38,561 nucleotides of DNA from Patellaria atrata CBS 101060 (Eukaryota), in NCBI GenBank assembly GCA_010093705.1, contig MU006125.1:19050-57610 (forward strand). Direction: 5' to 3'. Below the pieces are notes generated by a model. It was given only the letters and a program-made list of their open reading frames with translations. It did no database searches and was not told the DNA's origin. This document shows positions 1 to 10,907 of this stretch, in pieces. Both the position numbers and the translations under genes were made by a program. The stretch's first letter is position 1; the number at the start of each line of letters is the position of its first letter.

Positions 1-2634
1 GGTGCCGTCGTCTGATGCCGATGCCACGACCTGGCCGTCCGGCGAGAACGCTACGGCGCTGACCGAGTCCGTGTGGCCCTCGAGCGTGCTGAGGCAAGCG
101 TCCCAATTATCTTTCATCTTTGGTAGCTGGGTAATCCATCCCGGTATATACTTTATAAATGTCTTCCGTATTATACTCATCTCCGGAGCAAAAATAAGCG
201 CTGAAGAATAGATTTGTAGAGGTGCGTTTTCCAATATAGGTCGGAACCGTAATATAAATCTTTCTGCATCGCGAAGAAAATTTGAGCTAGCACTCCTATC
301 TGACTATACTATAGGTAAGTATAACGATCAATAGAATGTCTAAAACAATCTTACATTTTCGAGCATCTGTAAGCTATTGATCATATGGATACATTTATAT
401 GCATCTCCGATAAGGCTTATAGCTTCCAGCCAATATAGGAAATACTTCTGGAGAAAATGGTGGATGGCATCTCCGTCGTGTATGTGCCGTTTACTTTGCT
501 CCAAATGATGTACCCAATAACGGCAAGCATATTGTAACTCAGGCGGTAAACAGCTAGCTATTGTACCTTTATCAATCTCGCTTTTTAGAGTTCCTAGTCT
601 TTGGAGGTTACATATGTTTTTCTGGAGGCCTTTCGAACTGGACATTAACTGAAGACACTTAGCTACTAGCCTCTCGTGTGTTTCTTTCTCATCTATCCAG
701 AACGGACTCTTTCCCTTCTTTCGAGGATCGACTAGGAACTCGCGAAATGATAGATGTAGGAGCCTTATAGGTATATCCTCACTATCAGGAATGCTAAGAA
801 CAGATCGTAAAGAATCTAGGCGGCATCTAATATCTTCTTTTGGGATACTGAGGAGACGTGCAAGTGAGGGAATAGAGAGAGGACTTTCAAGAACGACGAT
901 ACTCCCAACTACTTCTCGAAACTCGCTGGTCCGTCTTTGCATGTCTGCTTCATCTTCGTCCTCAAATAGCTGATTTAGGATAGGAAGGTATGTTCTATCA
1001 AGCTTTGAAACATGAGTGACCGACTGATATTGAAGGACGGCTTCTAAGCGCTTTTTAGGATTATCTCGTTGATCTCCGATATATCGACACACAGTGGCAG
1101 CGAAAATGAACAATGGGATAGCGAGCTCGGCTAAGGCCTGCATTTGGGCTTTACTAGGCCAGTTGGGGGACAGCGAACGCTGCTGCTGTATCTCCCCGAG
1201 CTCATGCTCTAAGAAGAGACGTATATCGTGCTCGATAGTTTGCTTCGCCACCTGGTGAAGGATTAGGTCCTTATATGTGCCATCGGGCATACGTTTGAAC
1301 CCAAGGTGAATATGTAGCTCCGGCCTACTAGTTACAAAGACCCGTAACGACACTGGCGCAAGATCCGTAGTTCGTGAAAGAAGTTGGAGAATTGCTCGTA
1401 TATCTTCGACTCGCTCACATTCGTCCAGCGCGTCTATTACAATAACCAGTTCCATAGTTTGAATGGGTGCCGCCCGTAAGAGCGGCCGGAGGATTAGCTT
1501 CTCATACTGATCTTTTAAAGCCTTCTTAGAAATAGCTGGGTCGGCGTCGATTGCTTCCTCCATGCCTGATTTCATGCCTGGTACTCGACCCATCAGATGT
1601 GTAGCGATGGTGGTGAAGAATAGTCTGGCACTGGCGCGTTCTGCCTCGCCTTTCTTGAAAAAGAAGCTGGCTCCTAATTGACCTTGGTCGGCGAATGACT
1701 GGGCGAGAGTCCTTGCAATTGTAGACTTTCCTGTGCCAGCCATACCGTTTAGCCAGAATATACGTTTACTGTTTCTATCCTCCGCCCATTCTGTTATGTG
1801 GCGGAGTAACTCAGTTCGAGTACCTTGAAGGCATTTGGGATTATATTCTTCCATGTGAGAGTCGAAGGACGCTCCTTTCGCGATCGGTAGGTTAATCGAG
1901 ATATTATCTTTAATCTCTCTCTGGAGTCGATTTAACGCCTTCTGCCGTCCTTCGCCATATATAAGCGGCATGTGAACATCAAAAATGCCTAGTAAAGAAT
2001 ATGCTGCGTCTTCTTCGCGTTTAGTCTCGCGCCTTTCTGCCCATAATATCCGCTCCTTAACGCTAAACCCAGATAAACGGCTTCCTTGAAGAGCGAGAAC
2101 GGAAATTCCTGTTATTTCGTGAATTTCTTGTATAAGTGAAGATTTACTACCAAGTCGGTTACCCTCTACGGAGAAAAATTCCACGGATCTTGGAGCGATA
2201 AGTTCTTGGAGAGTCCAGCCTCGACGGAACCATCTGCTGTTCTGAAAGGCTAGTTTCCATCCACCTTGAGAGAGCACGTTGCTATCACTAGATCCAGTCG
2301 AAACATCTGAGAGATATACATAGCATTTGGCAGCATTTTGGTACCAGCGGAACATAGAGTTAATAGCCTCTGAAAGCTCGGCGTCGCTTGATTTATTGAT
2401 GCAGCAAGTGTCGACCCAGCAGAATTCCAGACCGTCATTAGCAGCTTGCGCTCCGCAGAATTGAATCTTTTTGTAGCCAGCCTTGGTTTTGCCTGTGCCC
2501 TTCACTAGATCTCTAAAGGTGACCTCTTCGTTATCATCTCCCCAGGTATGCGAAAGAATAGCATATTGGTGAATAGGAGTGCCTAAGAATTCAACCGGGG
2601 TGAGCTTGTCATCGTTAACTTGTAAAAGACGCAT
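1..2634 (-). CDS. HET-NACHT-WD40 (HNWD-type fungal NLR); exons 2634-355 and 303-<1, runs off window edge
   Basis: HET motifs YAILSHTWG, WVDTCCINKSS, WFRRGWTLQEL. NACHT Walker A GMAGTGKST and Walker B IVIDALDEC. Phase-0 intron 354-304 (GTAAGA..TAG) leads to APLQIYSSALIFAP and the first WD40 repeat TLEGHTDSVSAVAFSPDGQVVASASDDGT. Confidence 0.95.
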
Positions 2635-2842
2635 AACTAGTAGATTCTTGGAGAACTCTGGATAAGGGAACCGTTAAAATAATTGTAGATAAAATTTAGC
2701 CCTATGAAGTAGTCAAAAGAACAGCGATTGTGCTAGTTAGTAGATTCATGTTATGAGACTAAAGGAAGGCGAGCGGGGAGAATATGGGGCAGGGGCAGTG
2801 CATAATGGCTACAGTAAGGTCGATTGGTTCAATAGGGTATTA

Positions 2843-2957
2843 TGAGATAAACTGAATCTGCAGGTGCACGGAGTATATCGCTTGATTGTTCTCCATATGG
2901 AGGTAACACCTCGTTATATACTAGAGTAGAAACAATCTGTTGAGTCGTTGAGAATAC
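2843..2957 (+). repeat. Left arm of outer inverted-repeat pair, including the 81-bp shared core (2877-2957)
   Basis: 2843-2887 is the reverse complement of 31188-31208 plus 31403-31426 (3 mismatches). 2877-2957 matches 6143-6223 and the reverse complement of 27978-28058. Confidence 0.9.
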
Positions 2958-3375
2958 AAAACAGAGGTACACCAAAAGATAGGCTTTTGGTGAGTTCTGA
3001 CAAAACTGACAGTTTACAGGGAACCTATACATTAACACCTCACCATCTAATAGGTATAGCTGGTAAGCGTGCTTTGAAGCAAAGAGCGTGGCCGATCTAT
3101 TTAGAAAAGAGTAGGTAACCCCATTGCCTTATCAAGTGCTTTGCCCACTTAATGAGACTTGATATACGACAAATCCTTACAAAGCCGATGGAGCCTCGAA
3201 AAAGGCATGGATGGATTGTAGCACAGGATATAAAAGCTGGACATGTAATAAGGTAGGTCTAATCGTAAGATGTAATTCTAGAAACTGGGCATCAGGAAAT
3301 CGGCCTCTGCACCTCTACGTGGTGATGCCTAGGAACCTGAAGGTGCAGTTATAACGTTCTAGTCAATCTAGATCG

Positions 3376-4168
3376 TGTTATAGACCCTTCAGAGCCAACG
3401 CAGAGACGTCTCTACGGCTGCGCAGCGCTTGCGTTGTGTCGTGGTTGTGATGGTGAAAACTCTGCACCAAGGGGTGGAGAACTTCACCAGCTCGTGGGTG
3501 AGCACGACGACAAATAGACACTACAACTACGGCTCGTACGAGGAAGAACATCAGTATCACGAATCTCCATACCATACCAAACAAGCGATAGCCTTACTCC
3601 TCTCTACACTTTACCGCAGCAACGACGCTCCTCCATCGCCGCACCTGCGCCTCGCCAGCGCCTACTCGAGCTCGTTGCACACACGGATTTTAATTCAAAA
3701 CAAATACACGGCTTACAAACAATTCCCGTACACCTACGCCCTGCACGCGTGCTGCCTACTTAGCACGGCTTCGCACGAAATACCCGTACACCTGCGTCTT
3801 ACATGCATGTTGCCTGCTTAGCAAGGCCTCGTACACGCGATATACCTCTAATACCTCTGCTGGCGGGTAGACTGGTCCCCCACTCGCTGGCTTGTCCACA
3901 GCTGCGCTCCACAGCATACGTACCCGGAGTAGGATACCGGGTTATCAAGGGGATAGGACGTCCTTAGAAAGAGCTTGGAGAAGTATACGTATGCACGAGA
4001 TACCCCTACAGTCATTCGACACGCAGACACGACGCAGGCGAGACGGAAACAAGTGCTACGCCCCTACAGCTATTCGGCACGCAGGCACGGAGCAGGCGAG
4101 ACGGACGGAACACGTACACAAGTAAGGGGAGAGGAGGAAGGTGAGGGCCATACACAAGGATGATAACA
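3376..4168. mobile_element. Possible long solo LTR / LTR relic
   Basis: GC-richer block bounded by TGTTAT...ATAACA, with internal imperfect direct repeats (~3724-3835 and ~4020-4110). No matching TSD (GATCG vs CACGG). Confidence 0.4.
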
Positions 4169-4276
4169 CACGGATTCAACTAGATACTCCGTTCCGGAGT
4201 GCTGCAGAGCGACTCTCAATTGGAACAAACGATCAAGGGTAATAGCGAGAGGGGGGGGGGGGGGGGGCTGTATTTA

Positions 4277-4845
4277 TGTTACTATGGGAGTCTATACTTA
4301 TCTGGACAGAACCTGACAAGCCTAGAAACGCACAAGGATTCTCACTTAACGTGACCTTCCTCCTATACGAGTATAGGGTGGGTTTGGCAAAGTGATAGGA
4401 AGCAGTACAACGCTTGTACTTCAAGTTGACGATACAACTTGCGGACTCCTTAACTCAATCACGGGTGCTCACGAAGGAGGCAAGGTATACTGTATGGAAA
4501 CAGAGTGACAAGTATGAGTTAAGTTGTAAACTGTAACATCCAAATCTTATGGGTAAGATTCAATTGTAAGAATAACTACGAAGAATCTAAATACATGAGG
4601 GAAAGACCGTCCTTAAATATTCCTATCCTTCACAGTTCAATTTGGTGGTGCTCATACTGCTCAGTGTTCATAACCCTTGAGCACCCTGATCACTGATCTC
4701 GTTGCTCATACTGCTCAGTGTTCACAACCCTTGAGCACCCTGATCACTGATCTCGTCACGTGACCTCCGTGTTAGTTGTTCCGTTCCGGCACTTCATGCT
4801 GCCGTTTTACTGGTGATGCCTTTTCCTTGTCTTGTGGCTGTAACA
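4277..4845 (-). mobile_element. LTR relic related to 34258-34530; left boundary uncertain
   Basis: Minus strand starts TGTTACAGCCACA and shares ATCAGTGATCAG and AGGAATAtTTAAGGACG..ATTTAGATtCTTCGTAGTT with the 34258 copy. Ends are TGTTAC/GTAACA; TSD not preserved. Confidence 0.6.
4649..4756 (+). repeat. 54-bp tandem duplication inside LTR relic
   Basis: TGCTCATACTGCTCAGTGTTCA(T/C)AACCCTTGAGCACCCTGATCACTGATCTCGT twice, one mismatch. Confidence 0.95.
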
Positions 4846-5025
4846 ATAGACCCTAAAAAAGGGACCGCATCAGACATTAAACAAGAATCAATCAATCAAT
4901 TAATTCTAGAAACTTCTTCTACTTCTATTCTTAAAGGATGTTATAAAGGATCTCTTAATAATAGGGATTCGAATGTCTATGCGATTAAAGAACATGTATG
5001 ATGGAAAGATAAGAGACTAGGATAG

Positions 5026-5189
5026 TGTTATGAAACGAGCATAGAGCTGTGGTAAAAGTGGGTTGAATTCCTCTAGTTCTAGCTACGAGTAGACGAGAAG
5101 ACATGCGTGAGCCAAGCCTCTCGGACCGACCCTTACCGTGAGACTAGCGGTGCCTAGTCACCGACCGGTTAGTATACCGTTCCGTAACA
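5026..5189 (-). mobile_element. 164-bp solo LTR, copy 1
   Basis: TGTTA...TAACA termini with perfect 5-bp TSD GATAG (5021-5025 / 5190-5194). Near-identical inverted copy at 5889-6052. Strand is relative to copy 2 only. Confidence 0.9.
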
Positions 5190-5888
5190 GATAGGTAGAT
5201 AGCCCACGTCGCATAGAACTAACCGCTTCGTGCAGCCGCTAGGTTTATGCAAAAAGCGAATTCAGTAGATATACTTTTCAAAATTTGATTACTAGATGAA
5301 AGCTTTAGATATTTAGATAATTCATGCTTTTGATACCTTAGAAATAGGGTGGTGGATGTAAGCGCGCGCTGATACCAGCTGAGCGCGCTACTTTAGGCTT
5401 GAAGAATCAGGGTTTCTAAACGCCTTGTCCACTTCACCTCTTATCCAAAATTTGAAATAGTCGACTGTGTTTTACACTATAACCGCTATTCGTCTCAACT
5501 TAGCTTATTCTAAAAAATCTACGCCTTTGTTCCGAAAGCTAGGCGCTAAGCAGTGCTTTAACGTATATCATCCGCGCACAATCATCACTAGAACTACCCA
5601 GAGCATTAGAGGAAGTACTCTACATAGCTGGGGACATCTTCGAGCATAGGTAACACCTATAGTACTGTGCAAGGGACCTTGGTAGTTCAATCCTTAAGCT
5701 AGGCTCAATTCACGTAATTCATCTTCAGCTCGTAGCACTGTTCTTTATAGCGTTATCGTCCAGCCCACCGTCGCTATTAACATTATCAAACAGTCACTCT
5801 GGTTATCACGAATGCTTTTGCTGAGGAAGATATTGTATAAGTAATGTTCGCTACTTTTTCTAACTATGTAAGCCTTAGCTCAACCTAC

Positions 5889-6052
5889 TGTTACGGAACG
5901 GTATACTAACCGGTCGGTGACTAGGCACCGCTAGTCTCACGGTAAGGGTCGGCCCGAGAGGCTTGGCTCACGCATGTCTTCTCGTCTACTCGTAGCTAGA
6001 ACTAGAGGAATTCAACTCACTTTTACCACAGCTCTATACTCGTTTCATAACA
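5889..6052 (+). mobile_element. 164-bp solo LTR, copy 2 (opposite orientation)
   Basis: TGTTA...TAACA termini; TSD CCTAC/CCTAT (one transition). Confidence 0.88.
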
Positions 6053-6111
6053 CCTATCTTTTATATCGTACAGCTCTAGAACTATAACCCGAAGAGCATA
6101 TAACGTACTCA

Positions 6112-6269
6112 TTAGACGTAGGAGTGCTGATAAATAGAGATAATCGCTCGATTATTCTACATATGGAGGTAACACCTCGTTATATACTAGAGTAGAAACA
6201 ATCTGTTAAGTCGTTAAGAATACGTTCCGTGGTAATTCCATATACTCCGTCTCCACCCTCATTCAACAG
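6112..6269 (+). repeat. Left arm of inner ~158-bp inverted repeat
   Basis: Reverse complement of 27932-28088 with about 10 differences, five of them RIP-type (CA>TA, TG>TA) in this copy. Confidence 0.95.
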
Positions 6270-6367
6270 TACTTAATCACGTTTCAAGATATGCTACCGA
6301 CCGATTCAAGATAGTCTATATTAAACAATTGTTCTAAGGTCTATCAAAGTATCTAAAAGAACTTAAG

Positions 6368-8233
6368 CTAGGCGATTCCAATCTTCTCTTTATAGCGTGC
6401 CCATGCGGATATGAAATCTGCGCGCTGCTGATCGTTCATTGAGTTGACGTCCTCCACGCCAAATAGGTCACAGTACAACTGTTTAAAGTCCGCCATTTCG
6501 AGTTCCTGCCCTTTACCTCCGGTTGGAAGTGTACTTTTCACCGAGCGCTTGGGTACAACTGCCAAACTTGGGTTGGTTGACAGCTCACGTTGCCCGCGAG
6601 TGGTTTCGACTTGGAGTCCAACGGACGGGGAACGGTCCTTTGCTGCGCGTTTACCCGTCCTCACCTCATCAAATCTTTCTTCTGCTTCACAGGCCGCTGC
6701 GTAGATTGCCTTATCAGCTTCATGCGCACCCCACCTTTGTCGCAATGTGGCTCGTGTTTCCCACTTCTTCACCGACTCAGTGTCCTTTTCCCAGTGAATG
6801 AGAATGTACGTGGATGGATACCTTGCCCCTTTCTCTTTGACGACTTTCGGATTGATCAAGGCAAGTTCAGCATCCGCATTCGAACCGGCACCTGGCTTCG
6901 CCAGCCATGCAACGCCATAGATAGCCCGAATATGACGTTTCGTGTACTTGTACTTACCGCTTGCTAATCTCTGCTCTCCCTTCCGATTAGCAGGGTTGCT
7001 AACCTTCTGGTCATCTGGAGGATCATCGTCGTAGTTGGACTCACACCAGCTCTCAAGTCGATATTTCGGAGCGTTAGGCTGACCGTATTTGTTAATGAAC
7101 TTCGTCCCTCTCCCGGAGGACCAGCCGACGGTAGTGACGGGAATCGATGGGTCATTTTGCGGCCCAGGTCTATGAATGAGTGGCCTACCCAACTCCGGGT
7201 CTAGGGGAAGGTGCTTATCCTCTTCTTGACCTTGCGGATTCTCCTCGTCTTCCCGTTTGATTGATATGGGGACGTACACTGGCTGTTTCTGGGGGCTCCC
7301 GGTTCTTTCGGTGCGGTCTCTCCAAGGATTCGAAATTTCGGCCTCTGCAACGCCGTGATATTGCGTTTCATTGCCTTGGCTCACTAGGCCTTGTGGGCGC
7401 TCTCTGGCTCCCTATTATTAACTTATTAGTACATTATCATGCTGTTGCGTTTCGTTGTCTTTGCTCACCAGGGCTTCTGGGCTCTCTAAAGATTTGATTT
7501 TCTTCGCGATAGCTTCCAGCTCCTCCTTAGCATCTTTCTTCTTTTTGGTTAATTGTGCCTTCTCTTCCTTTGAAAGGATATTTCCCGCATCATTGAGGTC
7601 CTCGAGACATTTCGCTAGAATGACTCGCTGCTCTTTATCCTTGGCCTTCAAATCCCTTAACTCTTGTGTCATCTGATCCGTCCCGTTCTCATTCTCATTC
7701 TCATTCTCATTCTTATTCTCATTCTCATTCTCATTCTCATTCTCATTCTCATTCTCATTCTCATTCTCATTCTCATCCTCATTCTCATTCTCATCCTCGT
7801 CTTCAATGCGGTCATAATCTGACGTATACATTTCCTCGTATTCTGATAGATCTTCTTCTACAGCTGCATCTTCCGCCTCAAGTGCCGAGATCGAGCCCTT
7901 AAGTGAATCGATGGCTTCATTCTTTTGCTTAATCTGTTCCCTTAATTTCTTTTCCTCCCGTTTATGGGCTACCGGGTCTTCCGGGTGCGATTCCAGCTCC
8001 CAATCATCGAAATCATTCTGTAGGCGTTTAAGTTCCTCTATAAGCTTCTCTACTTCCTTCCTTTTCTGCTCTATCGTCTGCCGTCGGGATTTGCGGGCTT
8101 GCAGCGCCCTCCTTATTTTCGGGTCCAGCACCTTTTTGCCTTTATTGCGTAGATTTCTTTCCTTATCAATGATTGATCTCGTATTTTTCGTGCCCTTAGT
8201 TTTAGATGAAGATGACTTGGCTTTCTTTCCCAT
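6368..8233 (-). CDS. ~602-aa protein: basic N-terminus, coiled coils, (EN)n tract, C-terminal chromo-like domain; exons 8233-7469 and 7411-6368
   Basis: A 57-bp phase-0 intron (GTGAGC..ACTAAT..TAG, 7468-7412) joins ORFs 7418-8233 and 6368-7384 in frame (EAL|GARERPQGLVSQ). Confidence 0.8.
7686..7795. repeat. (TTCTCA)n coding microsatellite giving an EN dipeptide run
   Basis: Direct hexamer run read in the sequence. Confidence 0.95.
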
Positions 8234-8680
8234 TGTGATTAATATGACTGATAAATGGAAATCTTAATGAACAAACTATAGTAGAAAGGATGTTGAAGAA
8301 TGGGTGAGGATTATTGAATAGAAATCTCAAGTCCAGCTTGAGAGTTATTACTACTAAGTATAATGAGTTTAAGACTCTACTTGGGTGGTTTTATAGCTGT
8401 GGAAAACAATAATCATGGCTTTTAGCGCCGGAAGGAAATTCAGAATGTGATTACTAGATATTGCAACTCACCGTCTGAGATTCGGGCTATTGTAGATAAG
8501 TTCACAGTTTCCACTTCTGTTTTCCATGGTTTCTTCCCCTAATTTACGCAAGCGCTTTTAATAGATTTACCTTAGCCGCGCGGAAAGTTGAAAACCTAAC
8601 GCAACGGCTTTAGAACTTAATAATCACTTAGATAATATGGAGATGGCCGACTAATTTACTTTCGATCCGTATACTTCACA

Positions 8681-9392
8681 ATATTTTTATCTCTCTTCTT
8701 AATTCTTTATACGGCTCCACGCGCTATAGCATCATCATCCCGATACGGCTAAGATGTATCCTGGAATGAGACTATCCCCCGCGATCATGATACAGGATAT
8801 ACGGCATATAATAATACCGTGCAGCTTACTTTCGGGACCGCTAGCCGGCTTCAATTTGACCTATAAACATTACACGTCTTGCCGGGTACCACTCTGACCT
8901 TCAATTTCCTCGGTCTAAATCATACTTTAATACAAAGTTCATTCCAGCACCTATACAACCATACCGGCCCTATCGACACTGGCTTTAATCAATTCAATTC
9001 CCACAATGTTTCTAGAAGGTCCTTTATAAATGTCTTAGTCAATTCAACCCGACCGCTGTGGTTCTACTGCGCTCAAACTTTAAAGATAAACCACTGTAAG
9101 CAGGGAATGGTCTTCAGCGTTAACCTAGGTTTAGAAGATGTTGATTAAGCTTTCCGGCTAAATATAATACTGAGTGCACAGCTCTACGACTGCTATCTCC
9201 CACTCATGGCCGAACTCTACTACTGTCATGACTTAGTTGCTACTTAACTCAACAACTGTTATTTCTCAATTTTCGAGAACTATCCAGAACACCTGCGTAG
9301 GAGTAACGGCTCCTAGAACCCAATCTACTATAGCTCTCTCGACGCTTACTCACTACCACACGCCTTGCCAAACCACGAACGTCCGGCCGAGC
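8681..9392 (+). pseudogene. RIP-inactivated tandem copy of the cupredoxin-like gene
   Basis: Colinear with 9838-10580. ATG>ATA at 8681; stops at 8750, 8864 and 9146 (the last CAA>TAA); CCA TGC>CTA TAC removes a Cys. Confidence 0.9.
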
Positions 9393-9394
9393 TT

Positions 9395-9550
9395 GAGTCC
9401 GGCTTAAGGGTTGAGGAAGGTGAATTTAATAGTTAAATAGAAGTCTTAAGTCCGGCTTAAGAGTTAAGACAGGTGAATTTGGTAGTTAAGTAAAAGTCAA
9501 GTCCGGTTTAAGAGTTGTTACTCCTGAGCAAGGCGAATTTAATAGTCTAC
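9395..9550 (+). repeat. Three imperfect ~52-bp tandem units at the duplication junction
   Basis: AGTCCGG(C/T)TTAAG(A/G)GTT...AGG(T/C)GAATTT..TAGT three times; the third unit resembles 8329-8380. Confidence 0.8.
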
Positions 9551-9807
9551 CCCGCTGGTTTTTATAATAGCGAAAAAAAGGGAGGTGACGTTTTAGCTTT
9601 AAAATAGAATTTAGAACCTACTTAATAGTTACTCACTTCAACGATTATTATTTAGACGCTTTATAAATGAGCTTTTTATGGTTTCTAATTCTACTTCTCC
9701 CTTTCCCTTCTACGCGAGCGCTTAAAATAGTTCTACGTTAACCGCGCGAAGCTAAGAGTCTAAAATAATAGTTCTAGAACCTCTAAATTACTTAAATATA
9801 TGGCGGA

Positions 9808-10719
9808 ATGAATTACATTTCGTCCGTATGCTTCACGATGTTCTTAACTCTCTCCTTAATTCTCTGTACGCTGACGCTACGTACTATAGCATTGTCTTCT
9901 CCATATAACAGCGATGTATCTTGGAATGAGACCACTCCGCGTGTCTATGATATAGGGTATACGGCACATAATAGTACAGTGCAGGTCACTGTCGGAGTTG
10001 CTGGCCAGCTTCAATTCGATCCACATACTTTAACCGTCCCACCGGGTACTACATTAACCTTCAATTTCCTCAGCCTAAACCATACCTTAACACAGAGTTC
10101 ATTCGAGCATCCATGCAATAAAACAGGTTCTATCGACACTGGCTTCAATCAGTTTAATCCCCAAAATATCTCGGGAAGATTCCTTGTGGATATCATAGTC
10201 AATTCGACCCGCCCGCTATGGTTCTACTGCGCCCAAACCCTGAAAGCAGACCACTGTAGTCAAGGGATGGTCTTCAGCGTTAACCCTGGATCAGAAGCTA
10301 TTGATCAAGCCTTTCGTTCGAATGCAGTACTAGACATGCATACAACTAATGGGCAGGGAGAGCATTGCCCTACGACTATCGTCTCTCACTCATGGCCGAA
10401 CTCTACCACCATCATAAGCCAATCGGTGCTCAGATCAACGACTGTTATTTCTCAACCATCGAGACCTGTCCAAAACTCTTGTGAAGGGGCTACAACTCCT
10501 CGAATGCAACATTCTGGGCCTCTATCCATCTTCACTCACTCTCGGGCCCCCGCTCCGACCACGAGCGTCCGGCTAAGCTCGAATTCTAGTTCTTCGCCAA
10601 TAGACAATTCTCAGCCAAGCTTGAATAGTACCTCACCTACTTTAGATAATTTTGCATACCGTACAAGCTTGGAATGGAAATTGTTTCTGCCTTTGCTGCT
10701 CTTGAGCGTATTTGCGTAG
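9808..10719 (+). CDS. Secreted, probably GPI-anchored cupredoxin-like Ser/Thr-rich protein (start may be 9838)
   Basis: Hydrophobic signal-like N-terminus. NHTLTQSSF and PLWFYCAQ..HC..GMVF give the H/C/H/M type-1 copper ligand pattern. S/T-rich stalk and hydrophobic C-terminal tail. Confidence 0.88.
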   Translation: MNYISSVCFTMFLTLSLILCTLTLRTIALSSPYNSDVSWNETTPRVYDIGYTAHNSTVQVTVGVAGQLQFDPHTLTVPPGTTLTFNFLSLNHTLTQSSFEHPCNKTGSIDTGFNQFNPQNISGRFLVDIIVNSTRPLWFYCAQTLKADHCSQGMVFSVNPGSEAIDQAFRSNAVLDMHTTNGQGEHCPTTIVSHSWPNSTTIISQSVLRSTTVISQPSRPVQNSCEGATTPRMQHSGPLSIFTHSRAPAPTTSVRLSSNSSSSPIDNSQPSLNSTSPTLDNFAYRTSLEWKLFLPLLLLSVFA

Positions 10720-10907
10720 GCAAGACGATGCGGTAAGCTCATTAAGTGCATTCCAGGTTGGGAAGGTTAGATGATCACAATATACTCTAGTAGTAGTTAA
10801 TAGAACTTTTTCCGGCTATAACTAGATCATATTATCTTCTATAAGTTCTAAAATTTATAGGTTATCTACGAGCACTTCTATGAACCTATACTTTTACTTT
10901 GCCTAGC

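Noticed and set aside
2..211. Plus-strand 69-aa ORF
   Set aside because: Antisense shadow of the WD40 exon.
287..303. TCAGATAGGAGTGCT (minus strand) resembling the inner repeat terminus
   Set aside because: Short, gapped match inside NLR coding sequence; compatible with chance.
4251..4267. G17 tract as the polypurine tract of an intact retroelement
   Set aside because: No gag/pol remains upstream, and the adjacent LTR relic appears to be on the opposite strand.
5026..6052. Inverted 164-bp pair as TIRs of a 1-kb DNA transposon
   Set aside because: Each copy has its own TG..CA ends and own 5-bp TSD, so they are separate solo LTRs.
7666..7902. (SH)n ORF
   Set aside because: Antisense reading of the EN-coding microsatellite.
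9395..9550. CRISPR-like repeat/spacer appearance
   Set aside because: Units are degenerate tandem copies without unique spacers; eukaryotic context and no cas genes.
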